This document shows, in pieces, positions 11,529 to 23,092 of a stretch of DNA of 64,000 nt. The notes beneath the pieces were generated by a model. The model saw only the letters and a list, made by a program, of their open reading frames with translations. It made no database searches and was not told the origin of the DNA. Numbering within the stretch: position 1 is the first letter of the stretch; every line of letters begins with the position of its first letter. The stretch is from Legionellales bacterium UBA4759 (GTDB lineage: Bacteria > Pseudomonadota > Gammaproteobacteria > Legionellales > Legionellaceae). The translations under genes and the position numbers were made by a program. The stretch covers positions 24,180 to 88,179 of the forward strand of contig DHHZ01000127.1 of NCBI GenBank assembly GCA_002403515.1, in the 5' to 3' direction.

Positions 11529-12614
11529 ATGGGTTTTAAATGTGGTATTGTAGGATTGCCTAATGTTGGTAAATCCACTTTATTTAATGCTTTAACCAGA
11601 GCTGAGGTTCCTGCCTCAAATTATCCATTTTGTACCATTGAACCCAACATGGGCATGGTTCAAGTCCCAGATCTTCGTTTGGATGAGCTCGCTCGAATTG
11701 TTAAACCGCAACAAGTAGTACCTACAATCATGCAATTTGTTGATATTGCAGGCCTTGTTGCTGGGGCTTCTAAAGGTGAGGGTTTGGGTAATCAATTCCT
11801 AGCCAATATTCGTGAAACCGATGCTATTGCGCATGTGGTGCGTTGTTTTGCTGATGATGATGTGATTCACGTGTCAGGCTCAGTTAAGCCTATTCGTGAT
11901 ATTGAAGTGATTAACTTGGAATTGGCATTGGCTGATTTAGCGACTGTGGAAAAAGCCATTCAAAAAAATCAAAAATTGGTTAAAGCTGGACAAAAAGAAG
12001 CGATTAAAGAACAAGAATTGTTAGAAATTGCCTTAAAATGTTTGAATGAAGGGCGTACACTTCGAGTTTTAAATTTAAACGATGAACAAAAAAATATTCT
12101 TCAACGCTTAAACTTGTTGACCACCAAACCATTAATGTATGTGGCCAATGTGAATGAAAATGGTGAAAATCCATGGCTGGAAGACTTAAAACAATTGGCT
12201 GCAAAAGAACATGCACCGGTCGTTGAAATATGTGCTTCCTTAGAAATGGAATTGATTTCATTATCAGAAGAAGAACAAAAAGAATTTTTAGAATTGGCCA
12301 ATTGGCAAGAACCTGGTTTGCACCGATTGATTCGAGCAGGACATGAATTATTGGGTTTGCAAACTTATTTTACCGCTGGTGTAAAAGAAGTTCGAGCCTG
12401 GACTGTGCCGGTAGGCGCAACCGCTCCACAGGCCGCAGGTGTAATTCATACCGATTTTGAAAAAGGCTTTATTCGTGCTGAAGTTATTGCTTATGATGAT
12501 TTTATTAAGCTTGGCGGTGAGCAAGCGTGTAAAGAAGCAGGTAAGGTAAGATTGGAAGGTAAAGAGTATATTGTCAAAGATGGCGATATTATGCATTTTC
12601 GTTTTAATGTCTAA
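11529..12614 (+). CDS. ychF: Ribosome-binding ATPase YchF
   Basis: [21 protein letters not shown]-like C-terminus ...[14 protein letters not shown]. Confidence 0.95.
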   Translation: MGFKCGIVGLPNVGKSTLFNALTRAEVPASNYPFCTIEPNMGMVQVPDLRLDELARIVKPQQVVPTIMQFVDIAGLVAGASKGEGLGNQFLANIRETDAIAHVVRCFADDDVIHVSGSVKPIRDIEVINLELALADLATVEKAIQKNQKLVKAGQKEAIKEQELLEIALKCLNEGRTLRVLNLNDEQKNILQRLNLLTTKPLMYVANVNENGENPWLEDLKQLAAKEHAPVVEICASLEMELISLSEEEQKEFLELANWQEPGLHRLIRAGHELLGLQTYFTAGVKEVRAWTVPVGATAPQAAGVIHTDFEKGFIRAEVIAYDDFIKLGGEQACKEAGKVRLEGKEYIVKDGDIMHFRFNV

Positions 12615-12621
12615 TCAATAA

Positions 12622-12645
12622 TAGGTTGCCAATACTGGCAACCTA
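12622..12645. terminator. Bidirectional hairpin between convergent ychF and the MFS gene
   Basis: 10-bp stem taggttgcca / tggcaaccta, 4-nt loop. Confidence 0.5.
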
Positions 12646-12671
12646 TTCATTCAACTAAATAAATAACCATT

Positions 12672-14063
12672 TTAGGCATCATTTTCTCTTCCAATCATAC
12701 TATTACCAGCATTATTTTCTAATTTATAAAATAAAACTATCAATAGGATAGGTAAGACACTCAGACTTAAAAAACTGTACATGAATGTATGGGCTGTCAG
12801 TACTTCATTGATGGAGTAAAATCTTAAAAATAAAGCGCTGGTGGCGACCCCGACACTTATCCCAAATTGTTGCATGGTGCTAAAAATGCTGGAGCTTGCC
12901 CCCATATTATCGTCAGAAATATTTTCAAAACATAAGGTACTCAGTGCCGCATATTGAATTGTTAAACAAATACCCAGTAGCGTTAGTGACGTAAAAAATT
13001 GCCAAAGCGGGGATTGTGCATTCATATTTGAAAAATTGAAGATAATCAACGCCATAATAATGGTGTTATAAATTAGGCTTTTTTTGAACCCAAATTTTTG
13101 CAGGATGTCTATGCTTATGGGGCGAGAAAAGAAGGCGCCCAAAGGTAAAAAGAAGATTAAAAATCCTGAAGTCACGGGAGTTTTGCCAAGTGATATTTGA
13201 AAAAAAAGTGGAATTAAAAATGGTAAACCGCCAAAGCATATTCGAGAAATAAAACCACCTAAAATACTAATAGTAAAAGTTTTTTGTTTAAATAAACTTA
13301 AAAGAATAATAGGATTTTTTTGTTTTCTTGAATGAATAAAGTATGACAAAAAAAATATTAAAGACATTAATAAAATTTCAAAAGCGATATGCAATTTGAT
13401 TTCAATATTGCTTAACATCGATAATGACAACATCATTAAGCTTAAAGCAAGACCAAATAAGACAAAACCCAGCTTATCCAGTGGGTGAATCTTTTTACTT
13501 GGAAAGTCGTGCAGATATTTTTTTATAATAAAAAAATTAAGAATTCCAATGGGCACATTTACCCAAAAAATCCATGACCAATTCAGATATACGACAATAA
13601 AGCCGCCTACCATCGGGCCAACCATCGATGCAATTGAGGCAATCATGATCACCAAATTCATTTTCGGTAAAAATTCTTTTTTGGGAAAACTTTTTAAAAT
13701 GATTAAGCGAGCTACAGGTACATTGAGTGCGCCGCCGATGCCTTGGATAAATCTTAAAATAATCAATTCATGGATGTGATGAGCAAAGCCACAGCCCAAA
13801 GATGCGATGGAGAAAATACCAATGGCGGATAAGAAAGTTTTTTTTATGCCATATTTGTCACAAATCCAACCGCTGATGGGAATAAATATGGCCAAACTCA
13901 TTAAATAACTGATCAAGGCTATTTTTAATTCTATTGGATGAACATGCAAGTCTTTGGATATCTCCGGAATAGCGGTATTGAGAATCGTGGTATCCATAGA
14001 ATCCATAAACATGGCAATGGCGACGATGATTAAACAAAATTTAGCTCTTGTTGGAGATATCAT
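12672..14063 (-). CDS. MFS transporter, 14-TMS drug:H+ antiporter (EmrB/QacA-like) type
   Basis: 463 aa and almost entirely hydrophobic helices. MFS motif-A-like GWICDKYGIKK between TM2 and TM3. Confidence 0.8.
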   Translation of the reverse strand: MISPTRAKFCLIIVAIAMFMDSMDTTILNTAIPEISKDLHVHPIELKIALISYLMSLAIFIPISGWICDKYGIKKTFLSAIGIFSIASLGCGFAHHIHELIILRFIQGIGGALNVPVARLIILKSFPKKEFLPKMNLVIMIASIASMVGPMVGGFIVVYLNWSWIFWVNVPIGILNFFIIKKYLHDFPSKKIHPLDKLGFVLFGLALSLMMLSLSMLSNIEIKLHIAFEILLMSLIFFLSYFIHSRKQKNPIILLSLFKQKTFTISILGGFISRICFGGLPFLIPLFFQISLGKTPVTSGFLIFFLPLGAFFSRPISIDILQKFGFKKSLIYNTIIMALIIFNFSNMNAQSPLWQFFTSLTLLGICLTIQYAALSTLCFENISDDNMGASSSIFSTMQQFGISVGVATSALFLRFYSINEVLTAHTFMYSFLSLSVLPILLIVLFYKLENNAGNSMIGRENDA

Positions 14064-14066
14064 TGA

Positions 14067-15035
14067 TTAATATTCTCTTTGAATACTGTAGTCGGCAATT
14101 TCTTGTAAAGCGGTTTTATACACAGATTCGTGTAAAAAATCTAAAGCTTGTTTGGCTAATTGTGCTTCTTGATAAGCAATATTTTTGGTGTATTCAATGG
14201 ATTGTGTATCATGAATAATTTGAATGATTTTATCCAAATGTTCTAAAGAACCATTTTGAAGACTTTCAACAATGATAGCCTTATTTTTCTCATCGGCTTG
14301 TGACAAAGCATGAATAATGGGCAAGGTTGATTTTCCATCGGCGAGATCATCGCCAATATTTTTCCCAATTGTCGATGATTCAGCGCAATAATCCAATGCA
14401 TCATCTATCAATTGAAATGCATTTCCCAAATGGCGCCCATAAAGGAATAATTTTTCACAATTTTCAGGGCTGGTTTGAGACAACAGGCCAGGTAATTTTG
14501 CCGCAGCAGCAAAAAGCAATGAGGTTTTAGCCTCAATAATAGAAAAATAGTCCTTGGTATTGATGAATGTTTGGTGTCGATTCACCAGTTGCACCAATTC
14601 ACCATGTCCCATTTGACGCTCAATTTCAGCCATCAATTCCAACATGTCCATGTTTTTTAAACTGAGTAACAATTGATGATGAAGTATGAATAAATAATCC
14701 CCAACCAAAACACTGGCTTGGTTACCCCATATTTCATGGGCAGTTTTTTTGCCACGGCGTAATTTTGATTCATCAATAACATCATCATGCAAAAGGGATG
14801 CTGTATGAAAAAACTCTAAAACAGCAGCAAGAGTGATATCTTGATGACCATTATAGCCCAGAGCTTTACTAGTCAATAATAGAATAAGGGGGCGAAGTTG
14901 TTTACCACCACCATTGAATAAATTTTCTGTTAGTTGCGCAACAAAAGGATGTTGGCGGGTAATTTCTTGATGAATCAATTGATTCACATCAGAGAGTTCT
15001 TTAGTTACCAGCGCGCGAATGGATTGTATGGTCAT
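14067..15035 (-). CDS. ispB: Octaprenyl-diphosphate synthase (trans-polyprenyl diphosphate synthase)
   Basis: FARM LLHDDVIDES and SARM FQLIDDALD motifs, 322 aa. Confidence 0.9.
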   Translation of the reverse strand: MTIQSIRALVTKELSDVNQLIHQEITRQHPFVAQLTENLFNGGGKQLRPLILLLTSKALGYNGHQDITLAAVLEFFHTASLLHDDVIDESKLRRGKKTAHEIWGNQASVLVGDYLFILHHQLLLSLKNMDMLELMAEIERQMGHGELVQLVNRHQTFINTKDYFSIIEAKTSLLFAAAAKLPGLLSQTSPENCEKLFLYGRHLGNAFQLIDDALDYCAESSTIGKNIGDDLADGKSTLPIIHALSQADEKNKAIIVESLQNGSLEHLDKIIQIIHDTQSIEYTKNIAYQEAQLAKQALDFLHESVYKTALQEIADYSIQREY

Positions 15036-15134
15036 TGATTTCAGGATAAAAAAATTATTAATACGATCGTATTAACCCTATAGAATAAAGTCAAGGGTCA
15101 CATCTGTATTTGTCTAATTGATAAAGGTTTTGTT

Positions 15135-16037
15135 TCAGTGCCCCAAAAGTGCTCGGGCAACTTTGGATTGATTGGGGCGATTTAGAATTTTACAGATTTT
15201 ATCGCCAAGATTAACAATTTGATAAATATCAACACCAGTTTCTATTCCTAAACCATGCATTAAATATAGCAAGTCTTCTGTTGCAAGATTGCCACTGGCT
15301 CCTCTGGCATAAGGACATCCACCAAGGCCTGCAATAGCGCTATCGAATTTATTAATCCCTTGATTAAGGGCCGTGTACACATTCGCAATGGCTTGGCCAT
15401 AAGTGTCATGAAAATGCATGCTGAGTTGCTCTAATGGAAAATGATTTTTGAACAAATCAAGCAGTGCATTGGTTTGTTTAGGAGTACTGACCCCAATGGT
15501 ATCGCTTAAACTTAAATCATCAATGGCAAAAAGAGCTAATTTTTCGGCAACTGAAAGTACTTTTTCTGGTGAAATATAACCTTCATACGGGCATCCTAGT
15601 GCACAGGAAATATATGCACGAATAGGGATTCTATGGGCTTTAGCAAGCTTAATGACTGGAATAAAACGTTCAATGCTCTCATCAATTGAGCAATTAATAT
15701 TTCTTTGATTGAATGTTTCACTGGCAGCCGTAAATATGGCGATAGATTGTATATTGGCTTCTAATGCTTTCTGCATGCCTTGAAGGTTTGGTACCAATGC
15801 AGAATAAACAATCCCAGGTTTTTTATTAATCTGTTGGTAAACTTCAAAACTATCGGCCAATTGTGGGATTCGCTGTGGATTGACGAAGCTGGTTGCTTCA
15901 ATGTATGACAAACCTGTTTCAGACAATTGATTAATCCAATCAATTTTTGTAGTGGTATCTACAAAAGTTTTTTCATTTTGCAAACCATCGCGGGGTCCGA
16001 CTTCAACAATAAAAACTTCTGGTTTCTTATTTGTCAT
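15135..16037 (-). CDS. liuE: Hydroxymethylglutaryl-CoA lyase
   Basis: VGPRDGLQNE near the N-terminus, DTxG (DTIGVSTP), HFHDTYGQA and GGCPYA motifs. Last gene of the liu cluster. Confidence 0.92.
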   Translation of the reverse strand: MTNKKPEVFIVEVGPRDGLQNEKTFVDTTTKIDWINQLSETGLSYIEATSFVNPQRIPQLADSFEVYQQINKKPGIVYSALVPNLQGMQKALEANIQSIAIFTAASETFNQRNINCSIDESIERFIPVIKLAKAHRIPIRAYISCALGCPYEGYISPEKVLSVAEKLALFAIDDLSLSDTIGVSTPKQTNALLDLFKNHFPLEQLSMHFHDTYGQAIANVYTALNQGINKFDSAIAGLGGCPYARGASGNLATEDLLYLMHGLGIETGVDIYQIVNLGDKICKILNRPNQSKVARALLGH

Positions 16038-17973
16038 AGCTCAACTCAACCAATTCACATCCCTCTTGAACTTGTTGCCCTTGTTGGTAAAAAATTTCTT
16101 TAATATTGGCGTTATCTGGGGCATAAATGGTATGTTCCATTTTCATGGCCTCTAAAACAAGTAGGGGTTCACCTTTAGTTATAATGTCGCCTGTTTTTTT
16201 GTAGATTGCAACAATCGTTGCAGGCATGGGCGAACGAATTTTTGTATCTTGTTGTTGATTGTCTGTGTTAGATTGAGCCCGAGTTACCTGATGGATTTCA
16301 TAACTATTTAATTGATCATGAATGGTGAAATAATTTAATTTTTTATCCACTTGAAAACGATAGCATTGTTGATTGATTTCAAGATAAAGTTGATGGGCTT
16401 GATTATGAAAAAAAACTTCAAAATTTTGTGCTTGATATTCGACAACAAAATAATTTTCTTTGGGGCTTGAGATTTTTAATTGGTATAATTCATTATCAAA
16501 AGAAAATTGTATGGGCCAGAAACGTTGTGAGATATTGCTAAACTGCATCAAATCTTTGGGCGTTTGATTTTTTTCCTGCAGGGCATGAAGCTCTAGTGCA
16601 CAGGCTGCCAAGATGATAATTGATTTTGGAGTTTGTGTGTCGTGGAACTTATGATTCAGTAAAAAATGAATAGGGACTGCGCCTTTTTGCCAGGTCTTGT
16701 CATTTAAAATGAGTTTAAGATAATCTAAATTACTTTCTATGCCAAAGATATCTGTTTCATGGAGCATATTTTGCATTTCAATGATGGCTTTTTCGCGCGT
16801 TTCTCCCCAGGCAATTTCTTTTGCTAGTAAAGAATCATAGTGGGATTGAATGACTTGGTGGCATTCAATACCCGTATCAACTCTGCCAAATTTAGGCCAT
16901 ATCAAGCGATTAATTTGACCTTGACTGGGTTTAAAGTCATGTTTGGGCTGTTCGGCACAAATACGACACTCTATGGCATGTCCTTTGGGGGTGGTGGGTT
17001 GTGTAAATGGTATGGCTTTCCCTTGTGCAATTTGGATTTGCAGTTCAACCAAATCTAAGCCAGTGATAGCTTCAGTAATAGGGTGTTCGACTTGCAAGCG
17101 CGCATTCATTTCCATGAAATATAGTGTTTCATCTGCGGTGAGTAAAAACTCAACGGTGCCTGCATTGGTATACTCAAAGGTTTTAGCAACTTCTAAGGCA
17201 TGTTCGTAAAGTTGTTTTCTAAGGGTCTTCGATAAATGAATTGCAGGTGCCTCCTCAACAATTTTTTGTTGACGTCGTTGTACCGAGCAATCTCTTTCAA
17301 ATAAATGAACAACATGACCCAAATGGTCGCCAAAAATTTGTACTTCGAGGTGGCGCGGATTTTCAATGAACTTTTCTAAGAGTAATTCGTCATTGCCAAA
17401 GTAGGCTTTTGCTTCACGGCGGGCTGAAGACAGAGCATTTTGCCATTCACTGGCTTGATGAACAATTTTTAAGCCTTTGCCACCACCACCGTGTGCCGCT
17501 TTAATAACCAATGGAAATCCAAGTTTTTGAGCTGCTTGAAGCAATTCTTCATCACTGGGATTACTGGGGTTGAAGCCGGGCACTAGAGGAACATTGGTGT
17601 TTGCAAGTAGGACTTTTGCTTTTTGTTTGGAGCCCACATTTTCCATAGCTTTACTTGAGGGACCAATAAAGACAATATTGGCTTTTTCACAAGCTCTCGC
17701 AAATTCTGGATTTTCAGATAAAAAACCATAGCCCGGGTGTATGGCATCAACTTGTGCTATTGATGCAGTTTCAATAATTTTTTCAATATTCAAATAACTT
17801 TTTTGAGGAGACGCCTCACCAATCCAATAAGCCTCATCGGCCATTTGCACATGAGGATGGAAACGATCAGCAGAAGAATAAATCGCAACACTTTGCATGC
17901 CTAATTTGCGTAGTGTCTTGATAATTCTTATGGCAATTTCCCCTCGATTTGCAATTAATATTTTTTTAAACAT
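16027..17973 (-). CDS. liuD: 3-methylcrotonyl-CoA carboxylase alpha subunit (biotin carboxylase plus BCCP)
   Basis: MFKKILIANRGEIAIRII, ATP-grasp GGGGKG, C-terminal biotinyl motif EAMKMEH. Confidence 0.93.
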   Translation of the reverse strand: MFKKILIANRGEIAIRIIKTLRKLGMQSVAIYSSADRFHPHVQMADEAYWIGEASPQKSYLNIEKIIETASIAQVDAIHPGYGFLSENPEFARACEKANIVFIGPSSKAMENVGSKQKAKVLLANTNVPLVPGFNPSNPSDEELLQAAQKLGFPLVIKAAHGGGGKGLKIVHQASEWQNALSSARREAKAYFGNDELLLEKFIENPRHLEVQIFGDHLGHVVHLFERDCSVQRRQQKIVEEAPAIHLSKTLRKQLYEHALEVAKTFEYTNAGTVEFLLTADETLYFMEMNARLQVEHPITEAITGLDLVELQIQIAQGKAIPFTQPTTPKGHAIECRICAEQPKHDFKPSQGQINRLIWPKFGRVDTGIECHQVIQSHYDSLLAKEIAWGETREKAIIEMQNMLHETDIFGIESNLDYLKLILNDKTWQKGAVPIHFLLNHKFHDTQTPKSIIILAACALELHALQEKNQTPKDLMQFSNISQRFWPIQFSFDNELYQLKISSPKENYFVVEYQAQNFEVFFHNQAHQLYLEINQQCYRFQVDKKLNYFTIHDQLNSYEIHQVTRAQSNTDNQQQDTKIRSPMPATIVAIYKKTGDIITKGEPLLVLEAMKMEHTIYAPDNANIKEIFYQQGQQVQEGCELVELSYDK

Positions 17974-17978
17974 ACCAC

Positions 17979-18758
17979 TTATCCTTTATGTTTGGATTGC
18001 AAAAAAGTATTGAGCAATTCTTGCGCTATTGGTGTTGTACGAATACGAGCTAATTTTTCAGCAGTTTGATTTGATAAATGCGCATCAATGGTTTGATTTT
18101 TGATAGAATTTAACCAAGGCTTAATGGTTTGCAGTGCCTCTTTTGGAAGTTCAGTCCAATTTTTTAAGAGGATTTCTGCTCGGGATTGCAATTCATAATT
18201 AGGCATTATTTCATCGACTAATTCATGATTTAAAGCATCTTTAGCAGAAAAAACCTGGGCACTTAAAAAAAGTTTTTTGGTGGTTTTATATCCCATGGTT
18301 TCCAAGATATAAGGACTAATGATAGCCGGTATTAAACCAAGACGCGCCTCTGAAAAACAAAAACGGGTTTGTTCATTGGCAATGACATAATCACTGGCGG
18401 CAATAAATCCTAATGCACCGCCGTAAGCATCACCTTGTACGATACAAAGTGTTGGTTTAGGACACTGGTACCATGCTAAAAGAACATCTGCAAGTTGTTT
18501 AGCATTGGCAAGATTGGTATCCCAATCTTGATTGGCGATATTTTTCATGGTGTCTAAATCTGCCCCAGCAGAAAAATAATCCCCCTCTGCTGATAAACAA
18601 ATCGCTTGAACTTCATGAAGATCGATCCCCATTTGAATCGCTTGCATCAGTTCATCTAGCAAAATTGAATTAAAAGCATTGCGTTTTTCAACTCTAGATA
18701 GGGTTATCCATAAAATCTTTTGATCACAATTATATTTAATGGTATTCACATTCGCCAA
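17979..18758 (-). CDS. liuC: Methylglutaconyl-CoA hydratase (crotonase family)
   Basis: Crotonase fold (FSAGADL, GGALGF.AASD) located between the two MCC subunit genes. Confidence 0.85.
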   Translation of the reverse strand: MANVNTIKYNCDQKILWITLSRVEKRNAFNSILLDELMQAIQMGIDLHEVQAICLSAEGDYFSAGADLDTMKNIANQDWDTNLANAKQLADVLLAWYQCPKPTLCIVQGDAYGGALGFIAASDYVIANEQTRFCFSEARLGLIPAIISPYILETMGYKTTKKLFLSAQVFSAKDALNHELVDEIMPNYELQSRAEILLKNWTELPKEALQTIKPWLNSIKNQTIDAHLSNQTAEKLARIRTTPIAQELLNTFLQSKHKG

Positions 18759-20353
18759 ACTCCATATTGACTATCTTCTAGTGGACTATTCATCGCGATT
18801 TTAAGGCTATAGGCCAAAACTTTTCTGGTATCTTGTGGTCGAATCACCCCATCATCCCACAGTCTTGCACTGGCATAATAAGGATGACCTTGATGCTCGT
18901 ATTGCGCCCTCATTTGCATTTTAAACTCTTCTTGTTCGTTTAAAGGCCATGCTTTGCCCGTACGTTCCGATTTGTCTAAACGAATTTGGCTTAATACATT
19001 TGCAGCTTGCTCTCCACCCATCACACTAATACGACTGGTTGGCCAGGACCACATAAAACGTGGCGAAAATGCGCGTCCACACATGGCGTAATTTCCAGCG
19101 CCAAAGCTACCACCGATGATGACTGTGAACTTAGGTACCGCGGCATTAGCAACCGCAGAGACCATTTTAGCGCCGTGTTTGGCAATTCCTGATGCTTCAT
19201 ATTTCTGCCCGACCATAAAGCCTGTAATATTTTGCAGAAATAACAAAGGTATTTTTCTTTGGGTACAAAGCTGAATAAAATGTGTCGCTTTTTGGGCACT
19301 TTCAGAAAACAAAATGCCATTGTTAGCAATGATTCCTACAGGATAACCATAAATTTTTGCGAATCCACACACCAAACTTTTTCCAAATAAAGCTTTGAAT
19401 TCAGAAAATTCTGAGCCATCAACCAAGCGTGCAATTATTTCATGAATATCTACAGGTTTTTTGAGATCAAAAGGGGCCAAGGAATTTAGTTCTTCACTGG
19501 GGTATAAAGGCTCTAAAAAATGGGTTTCTTGTAGTATGCTTTGCTGTGGTTTGGGGACTTGAGATATCAATTCACGCGTAATTTCTAGCGCATGTTCATC
19601 GTTTTCTGCAAAATAATCTGCAACTCCTGATTGTTCACAATGCACATAAGCACCGCCTAGGCTTTCTGCATCGATGATTTCCCCGGTAGCAGCCTTGACC
19701 AAAGGCGGTCCACCTAAAAATATAGTGCCTTGCTCTTTGACCATGATGACTTGATCTGACATGGCCGGTACATATGCACCACCTGCAGTACAAGAACCCA
19801 TAACCACGGCAATTTGCGGGATATTTAAGGCTGATAATTGCGCTTGGTTATAAAAAATTCTGCCGAAGTGTTCCCTATCGGGGAAAACTTCGTCTTGGCG
19901 GGGAAGAAATGCGCCACCGGAGTCGACTAAATAAATACAAGGCAAACGATTCTCTCGGGCAATTTCTTGGGCACGCAAATGTTTTTTCACAGTCAAAGGA
20001 TAATAAGTGCCGCCTTTGACTGTGGCATCATTAATGACAATCATACAATCTATGCCATGAATTTGACCAACTCCAGCAATCACACCTGCTGCGGGCACAT
20101 TGTCTTCATAGACTCCATAAGCGGCCAGCGCACCAATCTCTAAAAAAGGACTACCTGGGTCTAGTAAATAATTTAAACGTTCACGGGGTAGTAATTTACC
20201 TTGACTCAGATGTTTTTGACGAGATTTTTCATCACCACCTTGGGCAATTGTTTCTTGAATGGCAAGTAATTCTCGGAGTTGTTGTTGAATGTTTTGATTG
20301 TTTTTTTGAAAATATTCGGATTGTAAGTTGATTTGGCTAGAAAGGATACTCAT
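18746..20353 (-). CDS. liuB: 3-methylcrotonyl-CoA carboxylase beta subunit (carboxyltransferase)
   Basis: 535 aa carboxyltransferase. [13 protein letters not shown] and [15 protein letters not shown] motifs. Confidence 0.93.
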   Translation of the reverse strand: MSILSSQINLQSEYFQKNNQNIQQQLRELLAIQETIAQGGDEKSRQKHLSQGKLLPRERLNYLLDPGSPFLEIGALAAYGVYEDNVPAAGVIAGVGQIHGIDCMIVINDATVKGGTYYPLTVKKHLRAQEIARENRLPCIYLVDSGGAFLPRQDEVFPDREHFGRIFYNQAQLSALNIPQIAVVMGSCTAGGAYVPAMSDQVIMVKEQGTIFLGGPPLVKAATGEIIDAESLGGAYVHCEQSGVADYFAENDEHALEITRELISQVPKPQQSILQETHFLEPLYPSEELNSLAPFDLKKPVDIHEIIARLVDGSEFSEFKALFGKSLVCGFAKIYGYPVGIIANNGILFSESAQKATHFIQLCTQRKIPLLFLQNITGFMVGQKYEASGIAKHGAKMVSAVANAAVPKFTVIIGGSFGAGNYAMCGRAFSPRFMWSWPTSRISVMGGEQAANVLSQIRLDKSERTGKAWPLNEQEEFKMQMRAQYEHQGHPYYASARLWDDGVIRPQDTRKVLAYSLKIAMNSPLEDSQYGVWRM

Positions 20354-20365
20354 GAATTATCGCCC

Positions 20366-20695
20366 TTATTGAATGAGTAAAGCACTACCATTAAGAATAA
20401 TCCAAAGACCCGATGCTAGGGCCACGGGATGCAATAAATGTTTAGCCTTGCGCCATTTGATTAGCCTATCAACAATCACCGTGATGGTAAAAGGCCAGAA
20501 AATTTGTGCAATAACAATTAGAATAACATTAGGCATTGAAATTGAGAAATAATCTAGAAAGTTATGCAATAAATTTTTAATAAAATTTGCCGAGAGTAAA
20601 TTAAAAATGGCCAAGTAAATCATGACATTTTTAATCCATGGAATACTCAAGACCAAAAGGCTTAATAAAATTAAAAGTTTTTTATTATTAAACAT
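20366..20695 (-). CDS. Small integral membrane protein of unknown function embedded in the liu operon
   Basis: Three hydrophobic helices. The ATG at 20695 overlaps the thiolase stop (TAATG). The upstream ORF-track extension to 20740 would run into the thiolase gene. Confidence 0.6.
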   Translation of the reverse strand: MFNNKKLLILLSLLVLSIPWIKNVMIYLAIFNLLSANFIKNLLHNFLDYFSISMPNVILIVIAQIFWPFTITVIVDRLIKWRKAKHLLHPVALASGLWIILNGSALLIQ

Positions 20696-21864
20696 TATCT
20701 CTCCAATGCGATAGCTAGAGCTTCGCCGCCTCCAATACAAATACTTGCAATTCCTCGATGTTTATTTTGTTGAAGCATGGCATAAATCAATGATACAACA
20801 ATTCTCGCGCCAGATGCACCAATTGGGTGACCTAGGGCGCACGCACCACCGTGAATATTGACTTTACTGGGGTCAAGTTTTAATTCTTGAATGGCAGCCA
20901 AAGTGACCACCGCAAAGGCTTCGTTGATTTCCCATAAATCCACATCATGCAGTTGCCAATTTAGTTTTTTGACTAAGTTTTTGATACTGTGTGCAGGTGC
21001 AGTTGTGAACCATTCAGGTGCTTGAGCATAGCTTGCAAATCCCTTTATTTTGACTAAAGGTTTGAGATTTAATGCCTTGGCATGCTGTTCGCTCATGAGC
21101 ATTAAACTCGCAGCGCCATCAGCAATAGAGCTGGAATTCCCTGCTGTGATGGTTCCATCTTTTTGGAATACAGGTTTCAATCGTGGCAATTTAGCCAATT
21201 TTGTCTCTTGCGGTTGTTCATCAATCAAGACCGTTTCATTGTGCTCTAGTACAATCGATAACTCACTTAAAAATGCGCCTTTCTTTTGGGCATTTAAAGC
21301 CTTTTCCATAGAGGATTTGGCAAACTCATCTTGTTCTTCTCTACTGATATTTAAAGTTTTAGAAGCCAATTCTCCAAAACAGCCCATGAGTTTTTTTTCA
21401 GGATCGTAAGCATCTTGAAGACCATCCAGCCACATATGATCAAGGCATTCTCCATGTCCTAATCGATAACCATTACGCGCTTTGGGTAAAAGATAAGGTG
21501 CATTGCTCATGCTTTCCATGCCACCTGCCAAAACAACTTGACTACGTCCTTGTTGTATCGCATCAAAGCCTTGCATGATGGCCTGCATGCCAGAACCACA
21601 AACTTTATTAACAGTGGATGAAATCACATGATGACCAAGACCTGCTTTGATGGCAGTTTGTCTTGCGGGTGCTTGACCAATCCCAGCAGGCAATACGCAT
21701 CCCATAATAACCTCATCGACCATCTTATGAGCAATAGCCGCTTGCTCTATACATGCCAAGTGACTGATGACACCCAATTCTACACCAGACAAATGCGATA
21801 ATTTCCCTAAAAAACCACCGATAGGGGTTCGTTTTGCCGCCACAATCACAATATCATTTGACAT
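20695..21864 (-). CDS. Acetyl-CoA acetyltransferase (thiolase II)
   Basis: VNKVCGSGMQAI (active-site Cys), NIHGGACALGHPIGASGARI and CIGGGEA thiolase signatures. Confidence 0.92.
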   Translation of the reverse strand: MSNDIVIVAAKRTPIGGFLGKLSHLSGVELGVISHLACIEQAAIAHKMVDEVIMGCVLPAGIGQAPARQTAIKAGLGHHVISSTVNKVCGSGMQAIMQGFDAIQQGRSQVVLAGGMESMSNAPYLLPKARNGYRLGHGECLDHMWLDGLQDAYDPEKKLMGCFGELASKTLNISREEQDEFAKSSMEKALNAQKKGAFLSELSIVLEHNETVLIDEQPQETKLAKLPRLKPVFQKDGTITAGNSSSIADGAASLMLMSEQHAKALNLKPLVKIKGFASYAQAPEWFTTAPAHSIKNLVKKLNWQLHDVDLWEINEAFAVVTLAAIQELKLDPSKVNIHGGACALGHPIGASGARIVVSLIYAMLQQNKHRGIASICIGGGEALAIALER

Positions 21865-21866
21865 GT

Positions 21867-23021
21867 TTACTCCAAAGGTGCTGTTTCTTTGAATAATTCT
21901 CGACCTATTAATAAACGTCGTATTTCAGAAGTACCCGCGCCAATTTCATAAAGTTTGGCATCACGAAGCAGTCTGCCTGTTGGATATTCATTGATATAGC
22001 CGTTACCACCGAGTATTTGGATAGCTTGCAGAGCCATTTGGGTGGCTTGTTCTGCAGTGAATAAAATAACGCTGGCGGCATCTTTACGATTGATGCGGTT
22101 TGCATCACAAGCACTGGCTGTTTGGTATAGTAGTGCTCTAGAAGCATTTAAAATGGTGTACATGTCAGCCAGTTTCCCTTGAATGAATTGAAATTCACCA
22201 ATGGCGCTATGGAATTGTTTTCGTTGGTGGACATAAGGTAAAACGACATCCATGCAAGCTTGCATGATTCCAACCGGTCCAGCAGCCAAAATGACACGTT
22301 CATAATCCAAACCACTCATCAAAACACCGACACCATGATTAAGTTGGCCTAGAATTTGCTCATCACTGACCCAGCAATTTTCAAATACCAATTCGCAAGT
22401 GTTTGAGCCACGCATGCCAAGCTTGTCAAGTTTTTGTGCAGTTTTAAAACCAGGCATGCCTTTTTCTATGATAAAAGCTGTAATCCCTTTGGCACCTTGG
22501 GTGGGCGCTGTTTTGGCATAAACTACTAATACATCAGCATCGGGTCCATTGGTGATCCACATTTTATGACCATTGAGAATGTATCCATCTTTTTCACGAG
22601 TGGCTTTAAGTTGCATACTGACCACATCGGAACCCGCTTGGGTTTCACTCATGGCTAAGGCACCGACCCATTCGCCTGAAACCAATTTTGGCAAGTATTT
22701 GTTTTTTTGTAGAGCATTGCCGTTGCGATAAATTTGATTCACGCACAAGTTACTGTGTGCGCCGTAACTTAAACCAACAGACGCACTTGAACGAGAGATT
22801 TCCTCTAAAACAATCGCATGTGCTAAATACCCCATATTGGCGCCACCATACTCTTCAGAAACCGTAATTCCTAATAAACCCAATTCCCCCATTTTTTTCC
22901 AAAGATGGTGAGGAAATTCATTGTTTTTGTCGATTTCTGCAGCAATAGGAGCAATTTCTTTTTTGGCAAATTGCTCGACAGTGTGGCGAAGTAAATCTAG
23001 CGTTTCATTTTGTAAATACAT
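21867..23021 (-). CDS. liuA: Isovaleryl-CoA dehydrogenase
   Basis: Acyl-CoA dehydrogenase fold ([25 protein letters not shown]). First gene of the liu operon. Confidence 0.92.
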   Translation of the reverse strand: MYLQNETLDLLRHTVEQFAKKEIAPIAAEIDKNNEFPHHLWKKMGELGLLGITVSEEYGGANMGYLAHAIVLEEISRSSASVGLSYGAHSNLCVNQIYRNGNALQKNKYLPKLVSGEWVGALAMSETQAGSDVVSMQLKATREKDGYILNGHKMWITNGPDADVLVVYAKTAPTQGAKGITAFIIEKGMPGFKTAQKLDKLGMRGSNTCELVFENCWVSDEQILGQLNHGVGVLMSGLDYERVILAAGPVGIMQACMDVVLPYVHQRKQFHSAIGEFQFIQGKLADMYTILNASRALLYQTASACDANRINRKDAASVILFTAEQATQMALQAIQILGGNGYINEYPTGRLLRDAKLYEIGAGTSEIRRLLIGRELFKETAPLE

Positions 23022-23092
23022 TGAAAATATCCAAGCATAACTTAATTTAAAGACTATAACTTGGATGATTGAAGAAGGGAAGATTATATAAA

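Noticed and set aside
12004..12596. Antisense ORFs inside ychF. The same applies to similar 60-120-aa antisense or out-of-frame ORFs inside uvrA, nrdA, liuB/D, proS and the 1213-aa gene.
   Set aside because: All are embedded in strongly supported conserved genes. They have low-complexity or stop-poor AT-rich frames and no start signals.
20696..20740. The N-terminal extension (MYWRRRSSSYRIGEI) of the small membrane ORF in the liu operon.
   Set aside because: It would overlap the thiolase C-terminus by 46 nt. The internal ATG at 20695 gives a clean TAATG coupling and starts directly at the hydrophobic helix.
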